A stretch of 64,000 nt of DNA from a virus, in IMG/VR virus record IMGVR_UViG_3300044691_000371, positions 1-64,000 of that record; one strand, written 5' to 3'. Within the stretch, counting starts at the first letter, position 1. Each line of letters opens with the position of its first letter. The translations under genes were made by a program, and so were the position numbers. Of this stretch, positions 29,380-37,722 are shown piece by piece. The notes beneath the pieces were generated by a model. That model saw only the letters and a program-made list of their open reading frames with translations, made no database searches and was not told the origin of the DNA.

Positions 29380-29656
29380 TAGTTCGCTGAAATTACTTTT
29401 GAAAATATCTTAAAAATGCCTTTAATGTTTCCATCGTACTCAATCCTATAATTGTTAAGTGCAATTCCTTTTATCCTTATCGGTTGATTTGATGGGGTTA
29501 ATTCTATCATCAATTTGCAATTATATTCGATTTATAACAAAAAACTTTTTTATTGAAACAGTAGTTGAAGTCAACAAATGCATGAAACCATGTAAAATTA
29601 AATTCATTGATGTTCATACACTTTTCCGCTCTCAATTCGATCATTTCAATAATACT

Positions 29657-29676
29657 TTTTTATTGCGCAATAAAAA
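29657..29676. promoter_or_regulatory. Perfect 20-bp palindrome, candidate operator
   Basis: TTTTTATTGCGCAATAAAAA upstream of the head genes. Confidence 0.45.
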
Positions 29677-29707
29677 TAGGTAATATTAATTTAATTTTTC
29701 ATTTAAA

Positions 29708-29735
29708 TAAAAAAGCCTCAATTATTAGAGGCTTT
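29708..29735 (-). terminator. Intrinsic terminator
   Basis: AAAAGCCTC-TAATAATT-GAGGCTTTTTT. Confidence 0.75.
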
Positions 29736-29760
29736 TAATTTATTAAAATTCTGTTCGGTG

Positions 29761-30381
29761 TTATTTTATTTCTTTTGCTTCTTCAACCGCTAATTTAACA
29801 ATTTCACGGCTTTCAAATTCATTAATACCCATTAACATTTCATATATAGCAATTTTTATTTTGACATTATATCCTTTCGCTATCTCTAAAAATAATAATA
29901 AATGAACAAATGTGCTTTTTTGTCCTAAAGTATTTGAAATAACTTCACCGTATTTTTTCTTTAACTCATCAATAAAACATAAATTTTCACTTGTGTTTAA
30001 AGCTATAGGTATCGATGTTTTAAAATTTGAATTGACTTCATTCAAAAGTTTATTTATTGCATTTAACTCTATAAAATAATTTGATTTTATAACTTCAAAT
30101 GTTTTTCCTAATATTTTAAATTTATATGTCAAATTGTTTATTCCTATTGAATAATCAGCTATTAATTTCAAATCATTTTCAGTTAATATAAACCATTCGC
30201 CTGCAATATGAGATTTAAAAAAGCAATTATGAAGTATAGCTTCGCAATCCTTATCAATAATTAATAAAATTTTACAATCACCTTTAATTTGATCTATTTG
30301 TAAAAGTCTTTTATATGGATTTTTTGAACGCCCAATTTTAATTAATCCAGTTCTGTTGTTTTTAATTATGTATGTTTTCAT
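29761..30381 (-). CDS. T5orf172/GIY-YIG-like domain protein with possible KilA-N-like C-terminus
   Basis: TYII...IKIGRS.NP.KRL..I; E..LH..F.....GEWF; TFVHLLLFLEIA. Confidence 0.7.
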   Translation of the reverse strand: MKTYIIKNNRTGLIKIGRSKNPYKRLLQIDQIKGDCKILLIIDKDCEAILHNCFFKSHIAGEWFILTENDLKLIADYSIGINNLTYKFKILGKTFEVIKSNYFIELNAINKLLNEVNSNFKTSIPIALNTSENLCFIDELKKKYGEVISNTLGQKSTFVHLLLFLEIAKGYNVKIKIAIYEMLMGINEFESREIVKLAVEEAKEIK

Positions 30382-30398
30382 TTTACTAAGTTTATTTA

Positions 30399-32840
30399 CT
30401 ATCCAAGTTTTGGTTTTACTCTTTGGGTTTTAGTTGTGCCTCCTGCTTGCGGTAATCCACGTCTGCGTTGTAGAAATTGCGTATATTCATCTTTCAATGC
30501 TGTTGTGATAAAGTAGCGGCTACAGTTATGTACTAAAATTCCATTTGCAAAAAATTCGTGTTCATCTTCAATTTCCAAATCGTAAACGTTTTTTACATTC
30601 TTTTGAGCATGTTTTTGTTGGGGCGTATTTATACACTGTAAATTCATTGTTGCAAATTGCGCATATTCTTTGTGTGTTTTCAAGTCCCAATTTCCGCCTG
30701 TATGCTGATTTGCAATTGTTAGAGCAAAAACGTTGTTCGATTGTTTTTTTTGTAAATTCCTTATTGCATACTTCGCAATTATATTGTCCATATGTAAGAT
30801 GTCCAAACCCGATATTTTTTGCATGTTGTTTACACCTTTCCCTCTCTGCTTCACTTCGTTCTCGTTTAGCTGCTGCTGGAATTGCTTTTTCGAGAAGATT
30901 TTTAAGCATTTTTGCTTTTTGTTCATCAGTCCATTCTTTACTATGGTCTGACATGTGCTGGCTTTTGGTTTTAAGCTCAAAATTGCTTGTTTCGTTATTT
31001 TCAGGATTGTGATCAATGTGGTGAACAACGTACCCTTTAGGTATTTCCCCGACTTCGCATTCGTATTTATAAACATGTAATCTTGTTTTTCTCCAATTTC
31101 CTTTACTGATTTTAACCCATCCTGAATAATATGGTTGGTCTCTTTTAGTTCCTGTGTACTTAATAAATCTAAATCCGTTATAGGTGATAATTTCTTTTCG
31201 CATACTAAATTATTTTCATCTAAAATACAAAAAGTACCGCAAACAATCAAATATATTTCTATAAAATCTTTTTCCTTAGTGTAAAATTTATGTTCTGGTG
31301 TGCATGTTACTTTAACATCACCTATTTGATATTCTTTAACCTGTCTATATCCATTATTCCAAACATTTAAAACTTTTTTATATCCATTTCTTGTCAAAAC
31401 ATTTTCACCTATTTTAATTTCATCAATTCTTTTATTTCCATTATCGGTCATTATAAAAGTTTCCCCGACAAAACAAGATAACATATGTCCGTACTTCTCA
31501 TAAGTTATACCTGTTTGTTTATCGGTTACTTTTTTAATAATGATTCCACCGTCTACATCTTCCGGCACCATTAAATAATCTTCAATCGATTTGTAACAAG
31601 TTTTATTTATAAAAATCTTCCATCCTAAATATTGCGTTTCTAAAATTTCGTTTATAAATGCCCCGCTTTGCGTTATACTTGGTGCTGACTTTCCAACTCT
31701 ATCAACAACTTTAAATCCTGCATTTTCTAAAACTCCTATGAATTTATCAAAAAATGATCTTCCATTATCATCTGTTGTTGATCTTGCGTTTGCAGATGGA
31801 TCGCCAAATACATTTATAATATCGTTATAATCTTCACGATCTAAATATTTAACTAATTCCATTGCTGCTTTTGCTGCTGTATTGTTTGGTGCAATACATG
31901 GTAATTCACCAATTTGTAATAATGCTTTCCCAACTTTATCAATCATCCAAAGTTGAACTGATACGTATGGGCTAACGTTATTGTCACAACTTACACAATA
32001 AGTAAATCCACGCTGTTTTAGCCCCGGTATTAAGTTAAAATCTATTGTGTGAAGGTTTGTATCAAAACATTTATAAAACGGATTTCCAGGCTTTCTAAAC
32101 CCCCAATTCCCAAGCGTAAACACATTGTAGTAATATGCGTTATTTTTTGATGTTCGATAACTCTCATATAATGCAATACGTTCGTCACTACAGTAAGGAT
32201 TATCTTTATACGTGCCATGGGTTGATCTTACCTTAAATTCTATTTTCCCTTTTGGTGTATCAATTTCGCGTACCCATTTAAAGTTTTTTTCTTCTGTATG
32301 TGAAAACCAATCCTGCCATAGCCAAAAATCAGTATAAGTAACGTCACATTCAGGATTAAAACTAAAATATGTTTTTACTTTTCCTTCGTTTGAACGCAAA
32401 GAGGTTAATATTACTATAAAATCATCCGCTGTTATCTGATTTGCTTCTTCTAACCATGCCCATGATGGATTCGCAAATGATTTTATTTTCTGAACGTCAT
32501 CTAATCCCCTGCCATAAAACGCCCCGCCATTGATACATTTAATTTCTAATGGTGAAGTTGTGAATTTAAAAAATTGTTGCAATCCCCAATTTTCAACTAC
32601 AATTTTAATCATCCCAACCATTGATTCAGAAACTGTATTATAGGTTTTCCTTATTAATAGCCCGCGAAATTTAGGATTAGACATACATTCGATTATGCCC
32701 ATTTGTGCTATCTGTCTCGTTTTGCCATTATCCCTGCCTCCCCAGAGGAAGTCAATATCAAAAACTTCTGGGTCATCGATTAAATGGTGGTAACATGGAA
32801 GGAACTTATCGCGACTGACTGTTATGTTTATTTCTGACAT
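30399..32840 (-). CDS. terL: Terminase large subunit containing an intein
   Basis: Walker A GGRDNGKT, Walker B WLEEA, SFNP, TYKDNPY, RNase H-like C-terminal domain. Predicted 496 aa after splicing. Confidence 0.92.
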   Translation of the reverse strand: MSEINITVSRDKFLPCYHHLIDDPEVFDIDFLWGGRDNGKTRQIAQMGIIECMSNPKFRGLLIRKTYNTVSESMVGMIKIVVENWGLQQFFKFTTSPLEIKCINGGAFYGRGLDDVQKIKSFANPSWAWLEEANQITADDFIVILTSLRSNEGKVKTYFSFNPECDVTYTDFWLWQDWFSHTEEKNFKWVREIDTPKGKIEFKVRSTHGTYKDNPYCSDERIALYESYRTSKNNAYYYNVFTLGNWGFRKPGNPFYKCFDTNLHTIDFNLIPGLKQRGFTYCVSCDNNVSPYVSVQLWMIDKVGKALLQIGELPCIAPNNTAAKAAMELVKYLDREDYNDIINVFGDPSANARSTTDDNGRSFFDKFIGVLENAGFKVVDRVGKSAPSITQSGAFINEILETQYLGWKIFINKTCYKSIEDYLMVPEDVDGGIIIKKVTDKQTGITYEKYGHMLSCFVGETFIMTDNGNKRIDEIKIGENVLTRNGYKKVLNVWNNGYRQVKEYQIGDVKVTCTPEHKFYTKEKDFIEIYLIVCGTFCILDENNLVCEKKLSPITDLDLLSTQELKETNHIIQDGLKSVKEIGEKQDYMFINTNAKSGKYLKGTLFTTLITILKITKQAILSLKPKASTCQTIVKNGLMNKKQKCLKIFSKKQFQQQLNENEVKQRGKGVNNMQKISGLDILHMDNIIAKYAIRNLQKKQSNNVFALTIANQHTGGNWDLKTHKEYAQFATMNLQCINTPQQKHAQKNVKNVYDLEIEDEHEFFANGILVHNCSRYFITTALKDEYTQFLQRRRGLPQAGGTTKTQRVKPKLG
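30525..31475 (-). mobile_element. Intein (317 aa, TerL residues 456-772)
   Basis: Block A CFVGETFIMT, block B CTPEHKFYT, blocks F/G VYDLEIEDEHEFFANGILVHN, followed by Cys+1. Confidence 0.95.
30568..31203 (-). CDS. HNH endonuclease with zinc-finger repeats, nested out of frame inside the intein
   Basis: RLHVY.Y....GEIPKGYVVHHIDHNPENN..SNF......H...H; CEVC, FCSNNC, CAIC, TCSKEC. Frame differs from TerL (offset 1637 nt). Confidence 0.9.
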   Translation of the reverse strand: MRKEIITYNGFRFIKYTGTKRDQPYYSGWVKISKGNWRKTRLHVYKYECEVGEIPKGYVVHHIDHNPENNETSNFELKTKSQHMSDHSKEWTDEQKAKMLKNLLEKAIPAAAKRERSEAERERCKQHAKNIGFGHLTYGQYNCEVCNKEFTKKTIEQRFCSNNCKSAYRRKLGLENTQRICAICNNEFTVYKYAPTKTCSKECKKRLRFGN

Positions 32841-32856
32841 AGAAAATCAAAAATAC

Positions 32857-32888
32857 AAAAAAAGGCAATCATTATTATTGACTGCCTT
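32857..32888 (-). terminator. Intrinsic terminator after Ro60 gene
   Basis: AAGGCAGTCA-N6-TGATTGCCTT-type hairpin followed by a T run. Confidence 0.75.
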
Positions 32889-32912
32889 AAAAACTGGTTT
32901 TAGTTTGAACGA

Positions 32913-34364
32913 TTAGAACGTTACCGCCTTTATTTCGTTGATTAACGCTTGTTTGTCGGTCTCTAACATCGCCATGGTTTGGAATATTTTGTCGCTGAAA
33001 CCGGCTAAACAAAATACTTTACTTTCAGGAAATTGCATTGTGCCTAATCCAGCAAGATCAAACGAATATATGAATGGATTTGCGCCAAATTTTTTATTGT
33101 ACTCTGATAATGGCACTTTAGGTGAATAGTAACCAATCCATCCTTGCATATCGCTAAAGATTAAAACACGTTCATATTTTTTATTAGCGTTTTTAAATAT
33201 GGAATGAAAGTTCGTTCCGTGTCCAACTTTGTTTTGACGTGTAAAATTAGCTGCGAAATCCATTGAATGTTGCGATAACTGATAATGAATGTAACGTGCA
33301 AAGTCTCCAAATTCCATTATATCAGCATTAATTGCCTTTGCTAAAACTATCCCAAACAAAGCCCCTAATTCCGATTTTTTCATGTGCTTTGAGTTTGAAA
33401 CTAAGCTATCCATCGACCCGGAATTGTCAACTGCAACTAATGTATTGCCGTCAAAGTTCAGCGTTTTAATGTTATTACAGCTTATATCGACCGCCTCACT
33501 TAATGCCTGTGTTATTTGACGTGCTTCTTTAGTGCCCAATGCTGAAAACTGTTTGTAAGCTATCAAATATTGAAACGGAAATATCAGCGACTTTTTAATG
33601 AACGATTCGCTTGTCAATGATGCCAATGCCTCTGTTAAAACTTCCGGTGCTTGTGTCATGATGTTTGACAGGTTACGAAGCAAAGCCAAATAACCTATTT
33701 TCTTTTCACGTACAAGGTTAATCCAAACTTCTTTTTTGGCGTTCTCAACATTATCACTTTGCCCCGCTGCTGTTAAACCTGATTCCCACGTATCAACTGA
33801 TTTCAGCGTACCGTTTACTAATGCCTTAATTGCTTCGGCGTTTTTTTCAACTGGTGTAGGGTGAACGATATTAACAACGTCAACAAGTTTTATTGCGTTC
33901 TTTTCGCCGCGGTATTTTGCCAGCTGGTATCCATCAAACTTTTCAAACGCCAATGCAAAGCCGCCTTTCATAGCGTTGGTTACTTTCCCGTTGTTGGCTT
34001 TGTGGTACGACAAAATTTCTGTCATATCATCCGGCCTGTAAATAACTGCATTGTAAAAAGCCTTTGCCCAATCATAGCCGCCGACCTGTATAGCTAATTC
34101 AGATGCAGCAACGTGGCTGATCGAACGCATACCGTATTTTGTACGTGCGTAAACGGCGGCTTGTGCAACGAATTTAGGATTGCATTGAGTAATTAAAGTT
34201 TTCAATCTCGTTAATGTATCGTTTGATTTTTCGTAAAATCCATCGCTTACAAATGAAGTAAGCAATATTGATACTAACTCTAATTCGGCAGATTGCTTGT
34301 GTGATTGCCCACCTGCTTTGTTTTCTACAAGTGCTGTAGATTCTGTTTTTGTGTTAAACTTCAT
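32913..34364 (-). CDS. Ro60/Rsr-like TROVE + vWA RNA-binding protein
   Basis: N-terminal N.AGG, YAR...MRS, FD.YQLAKY, TWE..L, YLALLRNL, FPFQY, vWA MIDAS DNSGSM, GT, SDMQ, GFSDK. Confidence 0.92.
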   Translation of the reverse strand: MKFNTKTESTALVENKAGGQSHKQSAELELVSILLTSFVSDGFYEKSNDTLTRLKTLITQCNPKFVAQAAVYARTKYGMRSISHVAASELAIQVGGYDWAKAFYNAVIYRPDDMTEILSYHKANNGKVTNAMKGGFALAFEKFDGYQLAKYRGEKNAIKLVDVVNIVHPTPVEKNAEAIKALVNGTLKSVDTWESGLTAAGQSDNVENAKKEVWINLVREKKIGYLALLRNLSNIMTQAPEVLTEALASLTSESFIKKSLIFPFQYLIAYKQFSALGTKEARQITQALSEAVDISCNNIKTLNFDGNTLVAVDNSGSMDSLVSNSKHMKKSELGALFGIVLAKAINADIMEFGDFARYIHYQLSQHSMDFAANFTRQNKVGHGTNFHSIFKNANKKYERVLIFSDMQGWIGYYSPKVPLSEYNKKFGANPFIYSFDLAGLGTMQFPESKVFCLAGFSDKIFQTMAMLETDKQALINEIKAVTF

Positions 34365-34394
34365 GATTATTTGATTTTAAAATTTGTTTAAAAT

Positions 34395-34430
34395 AAAAAA
34401 GGCAGTCACTTTTTAGATGTACTGCCTTTA
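34395..34430 (-). terminator. Intrinsic terminator between RNA array and Ro60 gene
   Basis: AAAGGCAGT-N14-ACTGCCTTTTTT. Confidence 0.75.
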
Positions 34431-34436
34431 AATGTT

Positions 34437-34520
34437 ATTGACAAAGAAAATTCAAGAGGGTTTACTGGGTTTCCCCACGAGTTAGAAAGTCGATGTAGCC
34501 CACTTATAACTATTGTCAAT
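34437..34520 (-). ncRNA. Y-RNA-like unit D (84 nt)
   Basis: AUUGACAA UAGUUA UAAG UGGGC UACAUCG [insert with GGG-GAAA-CCC hairpin] AA ACCC UCUUG AAUUUUCU UUGUCAAU. Confidence 0.75.
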
Positions 34521-34524
34521 GTCA

Positions 34525-34597
34525 TTCAGGAGAAAATTGCGGCACGGTATTTTTTTGCATTTTCGAAGCGAAGTAACCGTATTGCTAACTACCTGAA
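34525..34597 (-). ncRNA. Y-RNA-like unit C (73 nt)
   Basis: UUCAGG UAGUUA GCAAU ACGGU UACUUCG [12 nt] AAAAAAAU ACCGU GCCGC AAUUUUCU CCUGAA. Confidence 0.78.
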
Positions 34598-34603
34598 ATA
34601 TTT

Positions 34604-34744
34604 ATTGTTGGAGAAAGGCTAAAAGAGTATTTTTTCTGTCCTGGGTACTACCACTATACTATACCCGAATTAATCGGATAAGAAGATTCGAACTCCTGTC
34701 ACAGGTTTGGTATCGAAGTAACTCTAATTATAACTACCAACAAT
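34604..34744 (-). ncRNA. YrlA-like Y RNA (unit B, 141 nt) with circularly permuted tRNA-like domain
   Basis: Same scaffold plus 34640-34705: CCUG UGAC, T arm AGGAG-UUCGAAU-CUUCU, closed acceptor stem UAUCCGA-UUAAU-UCGGGUA, UA, D arm GUAU-AGUGGUA-GUAC, C, CAGG. Confidence 0.85.
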
Positions 34745-34749
34745 GATTC

Positions 34750-34818
34750 TGTAAGGGAAAGTTTTGATCGCGTGTTTTTTCATTTACATCGAAGTAACGC
34801 ATTCAATAGCCACTTACA
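34750..34818 (-). ncRNA. Y-RNA-like unit A (69 nt)
   Basis: UGUAAG UGGCUA UUGA AUGCGU UACUUCG [9 nt] AAAAAAC ACGCG AUCAA AACUUUCC CUUACA. Confidence 0.75.
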
Positions 34819-34860
34819 AATTTTTATATCTTATCAAAGAACTATGCCCTAAATCGTTTT

Positions 34861-34893
34861 CAAATATAAAAACTTTTATCATTACAAAACAAA
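34861..34893 (-). promoter_or_regulatory. Promoter of RNA array / Ro60 operon
   Basis: TTTG-21 nt-TATATTTG, 42 nt upstream of unit A. Confidence 0.65.
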
Positions 34894-34923
34894 TTTATTT
34901 TAAAATATTTTTACTTTTGTTTA

Positions 34924-35493
34924 ATGAATGAGCAAAAGCTATTAATCAATATCTTAATCAGAACAAGTAATAGACCTTTATCCTTTGCAAAATGTTTGCA
35001 ATCAGTGGTAGATCAGGATTATCCTAATATTCGAATAATTATTGGAATAGACAATCAAGGGGCTTTACGTTACATTCCAAAAGGATTAGAAGTTTACCCT
35101 GTAAGTGCTGATAAATCGGTAAAATATTTTTATGATCTGTATATTCCACAACTATTGCAATATGTAGAAGACGGTTACGTGCTAATTTTAGATGATGATG
35201 ATCGGCTTAATCCAAATGTGTTATCTAAATTGCAATTAGAAGGCCCAGGATTAATCGTTCAACTTCAAAGACAAAATACTATCGTTCCAAAAGATTTATT
35301 CTTTAAACGCGGTGGAATTGGCTTTCCTTGCCTTATCTTCCATCATTCATTGAAAAACGAATATCCTATTCATGGTGAAGGTGCAGGAGATTACTATTTT
35401 ATAAAATCCGCCTTATCAGATTTTCCGTTTCCATTTTTCCCTATCATTGTTGTTTATAGCCCATCTAAAGGCAATGGTAAATGTAATGGTTAA
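34924..35493 (+). CDS. GT2-family glycosyltransferase
   Basis: INILIRTSNRP...CLQSVVDQDYPN; ILDDDD; GDYYFI. Confidence 0.8.
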   Translation: MNEQKLLINILIRTSNRPLSFAKCLQSVVDQDYPNIRIIIGIDNQGALRYIPKGLEVYPVSADKSVKYFYDLYIPQLLQYVEDGYVLILDDDDRLNPNVLSKLQLEGPGLIVQLQRQNTIVPKDLFFKRGGIGFPCLIFHHSLKNEYPIHGEGAGDYYFIKSALSDFPFPFFPIIVVYSPSKGNGKCNG

Positions 35494-35665
35494 AATAATT
35501 CTTTAATATTTTCCTTCAACCGTTTTTTATCTTCTAGTTTCAAAGATGTTTCGTCAATTGAGTTTAATAAATTAACTGCTTTTTGAAACTTCTTATTGAA
35601 TTGTTCAGCCTTATAACTTTTATAAGATGGCTGTATTTTATATGAATATCCTTCGTCTAACATCA

Positions 35666-35998
35666 TTAAATCTTTTTCATTATTGATAAATCAAGGTGCC
35701 AATCTGAATATATTGAAAGTGTGTAAGTAATTCGATTGTGAGGTTTTTCTTCTGGGTTCCTAAAATGATGATCTTTCCAAACTGTTTCTCCTATACAATC
35801 AGAAATTGCTCTTACTAATTCTAATTCGGAACAGGCGTTTTCAACCCACGCAACTGCGATTATATCCATGTCGTTTGCCATACTTCCATGCAAGGCTAAT
35901 GTCCATCCTAAATCTAAAGCTACATTTCTGAATTTGGGCCAAAGAACTGTGTAAAATACTGCTTTGCCATTATGCGTGACTTCTGATCTTTCTTTCAT
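35666..35998 (-). CDS. Small nucleotidyltransferase-fold-like phage protein
   Basis: LALHGSMANDMDIIAV (GS...DxD). Confidence 0.5.
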   Translation of the reverse strand: MKERSEVTHNGKAVFYTVLWPKFRNVALDLGWTLALHGSMANDMDIIAVAWVENACSELELVRAISDCIGETVWKDHHFRNPEEKPHNRITYTLSIYSDWHLDLSIMKKI

Positions 35999-36621
35999 AA
36001 AGTCTTTTCAATTTCTAACCATGCTAATTTATCCTGTGCGATTATCTCCTGAAAATTCTTTAGTTTTTGGCAAGTCTGTGAGCCATTATGCCAGTGTTGT
36101 GCTATTAAATTAGCTTTAACAATTGTTCTATAACCGGCTTTTCTTATTTTTGTGTATGCCCATAAATCTCCGAACCACACGAGAATACTTTCTGGAATTG
36201 GGTAAACTAACTTTGCCATTTCTTTATTTAATTGGATGAAGACGCCAGGAGTTCCATTAAAAACTATTTCGTCCTGTTTATGCGTACCGTCACTTGGGAT
36301 TGCACTTATGTTATCTTCCAAATGTTTGCTCCATCCTGCCGTCATAATAAGATCGCTATTCATTATAATTAGTTGATCATAGTGGCTTTTCAAAAAGTAA
36401 TCTATTATTTGATTCCAAGCCGCATTTACGTAGATGTTACGCTCATTCTGAATTACCTTGACGTTTGGATATTCAAACCACATTTGCTTTATAGCTTGCT
36501 TTACATCTATTTCAGAACCGTTGTCAATTATTAACAGGTCAGTCTCTTGTATAACTGATTTGAAGGCTTTTAAACAGGTTTCACCGTTATACAAAACCGG
36601 AATTCCGCAAAGTATTTTCAT
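35995..36621 (-). CDS. GT2-family glycosyltransferase
   Basis: IPVLYN, LIIDNGS, N..VNAAWNQ, IMNSD, WFGD.W, H.HNGSQT. Confidence 0.85.
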   Translation of the reverse strand: MKILCGIPVLYNGETCLKAFKSVIQETDLLIIDNGSEIDVKQAIKQMWFEYPNVKVIQNERNIYVNAAWNQIIDYFLKSHYDQLIIMNSDLIMTAGWSKHLEDNISAIPSDGTHKQDEIVFNGTPGVFIQLNKEMAKLVYPIPESILVWFGDLWAYTKIRKAGYRTIVKANLIAQHWHNGSQTCQKLKNFQEIIAQDKLAWLEIEKTL

Positions 36622-37722
36622 GATTGTGATTTAATATTGGGAAACATTGTTGATAATACATGTAATTGGTGCTTTTCACATATCCAAACTAATGTATTAC
36701 CAAATTGAAATATTTTGCCACCCTTTCTACATCCTTCATAATCACACATATGTCCTATTGCATAAATTGGTTCTCCGTCTTCATTTTTTACGGGTTCTTT
36801 CATTTCATTTACTGACATTCTATTTCATCCATTAAAACTTTAACCATTTCACAAGCCCTTTTATGAATATATTCGAGTTCGTTCTTTTCGGCAAAAAACA
36901 TAAGCCGTACAAACCCCATAAACCGTTGCTTTAATTCGTGTCGGTCTTTGCTGATATAAATTACATCCGGTGGTTCCATGTTTAATAACTTGGTTTATGT
37001 GCGTATTCTCTTTCGGCTATTTGTGGTTCACTTTTTTTAGCTTCATCCCATGCGTATTTTGGCATGTCTGCAATATCTGGTTTTGATTTAACCGAACTCA
37101 TTTTTAAGTTTGCCGCGTTGTCGGTATCGGGTGTTTTGTTGTAGTATTGATCGTAAATATTTTTCAAATCTATTTCCAATTGAGCGATTTGTTTTTCAGT
37201 GCTAATCCTGTTTGAAAAGTTATCGCTTAATCCTTCGATTAGTTTTTATCTTTCGTGGTTAAGCCGTCTTACAAATTCTTTCTTTTCCTGAATTGCGTTT
37301 TCGATTACATTGATTAATTCTTGCATGGTTGTTTTTGATTAATTATTTTGAATTGTATGTGATGAAAATCCGTCTCCTGCGCTTTCTGCATCTAATGCCT
37401 TTTCTAACTTTTCTGTAAAGTCAATTAGTGGCATTAAAACATATCCGGTCGTTTCTGTTATGCACTGCAATAAGTTCAAACTATCAGTTGTTTTCTTTTG
37501 CCATGCTTTTTTGTCGCCGTTATAATCAGCTAATTTTGATTTAAACCTAATTTCATCTCCTGTTTGAATTATGCACGAATACGATGGATTAAGCTTATTT
37601 AAAAACTCACTATATCCCGGCGTATGAAGCACAACCATTGCACCTATGTCATGCTTTGCAAGGATAGCTTTTATTTCTTCCATTGCGGTTTTTAATTTTG
37701 GGCTGTATTGCATTTTGTGTGA

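Noticed and set aside
29736-32912. Self-antisense 3' UTRs for the 29761 gene and Ro60
   Set aside because: Only short, imperfect, AT-rich matches with no loop presentation; compatible with chance.
34640-34705. Canonical tRNA gene
   Set aside because: The T arm precedes the D arm, the acceptor stem is closed by a loop, and there is no anticodon loop.
34437-34818. Repeat array as a CRISPR or mini-CRISPR
   Set aside because: Units are self-complementary hairpins with covarying ends and unequal inserts, not identical direct repeats with spacers. No cas genes seen.
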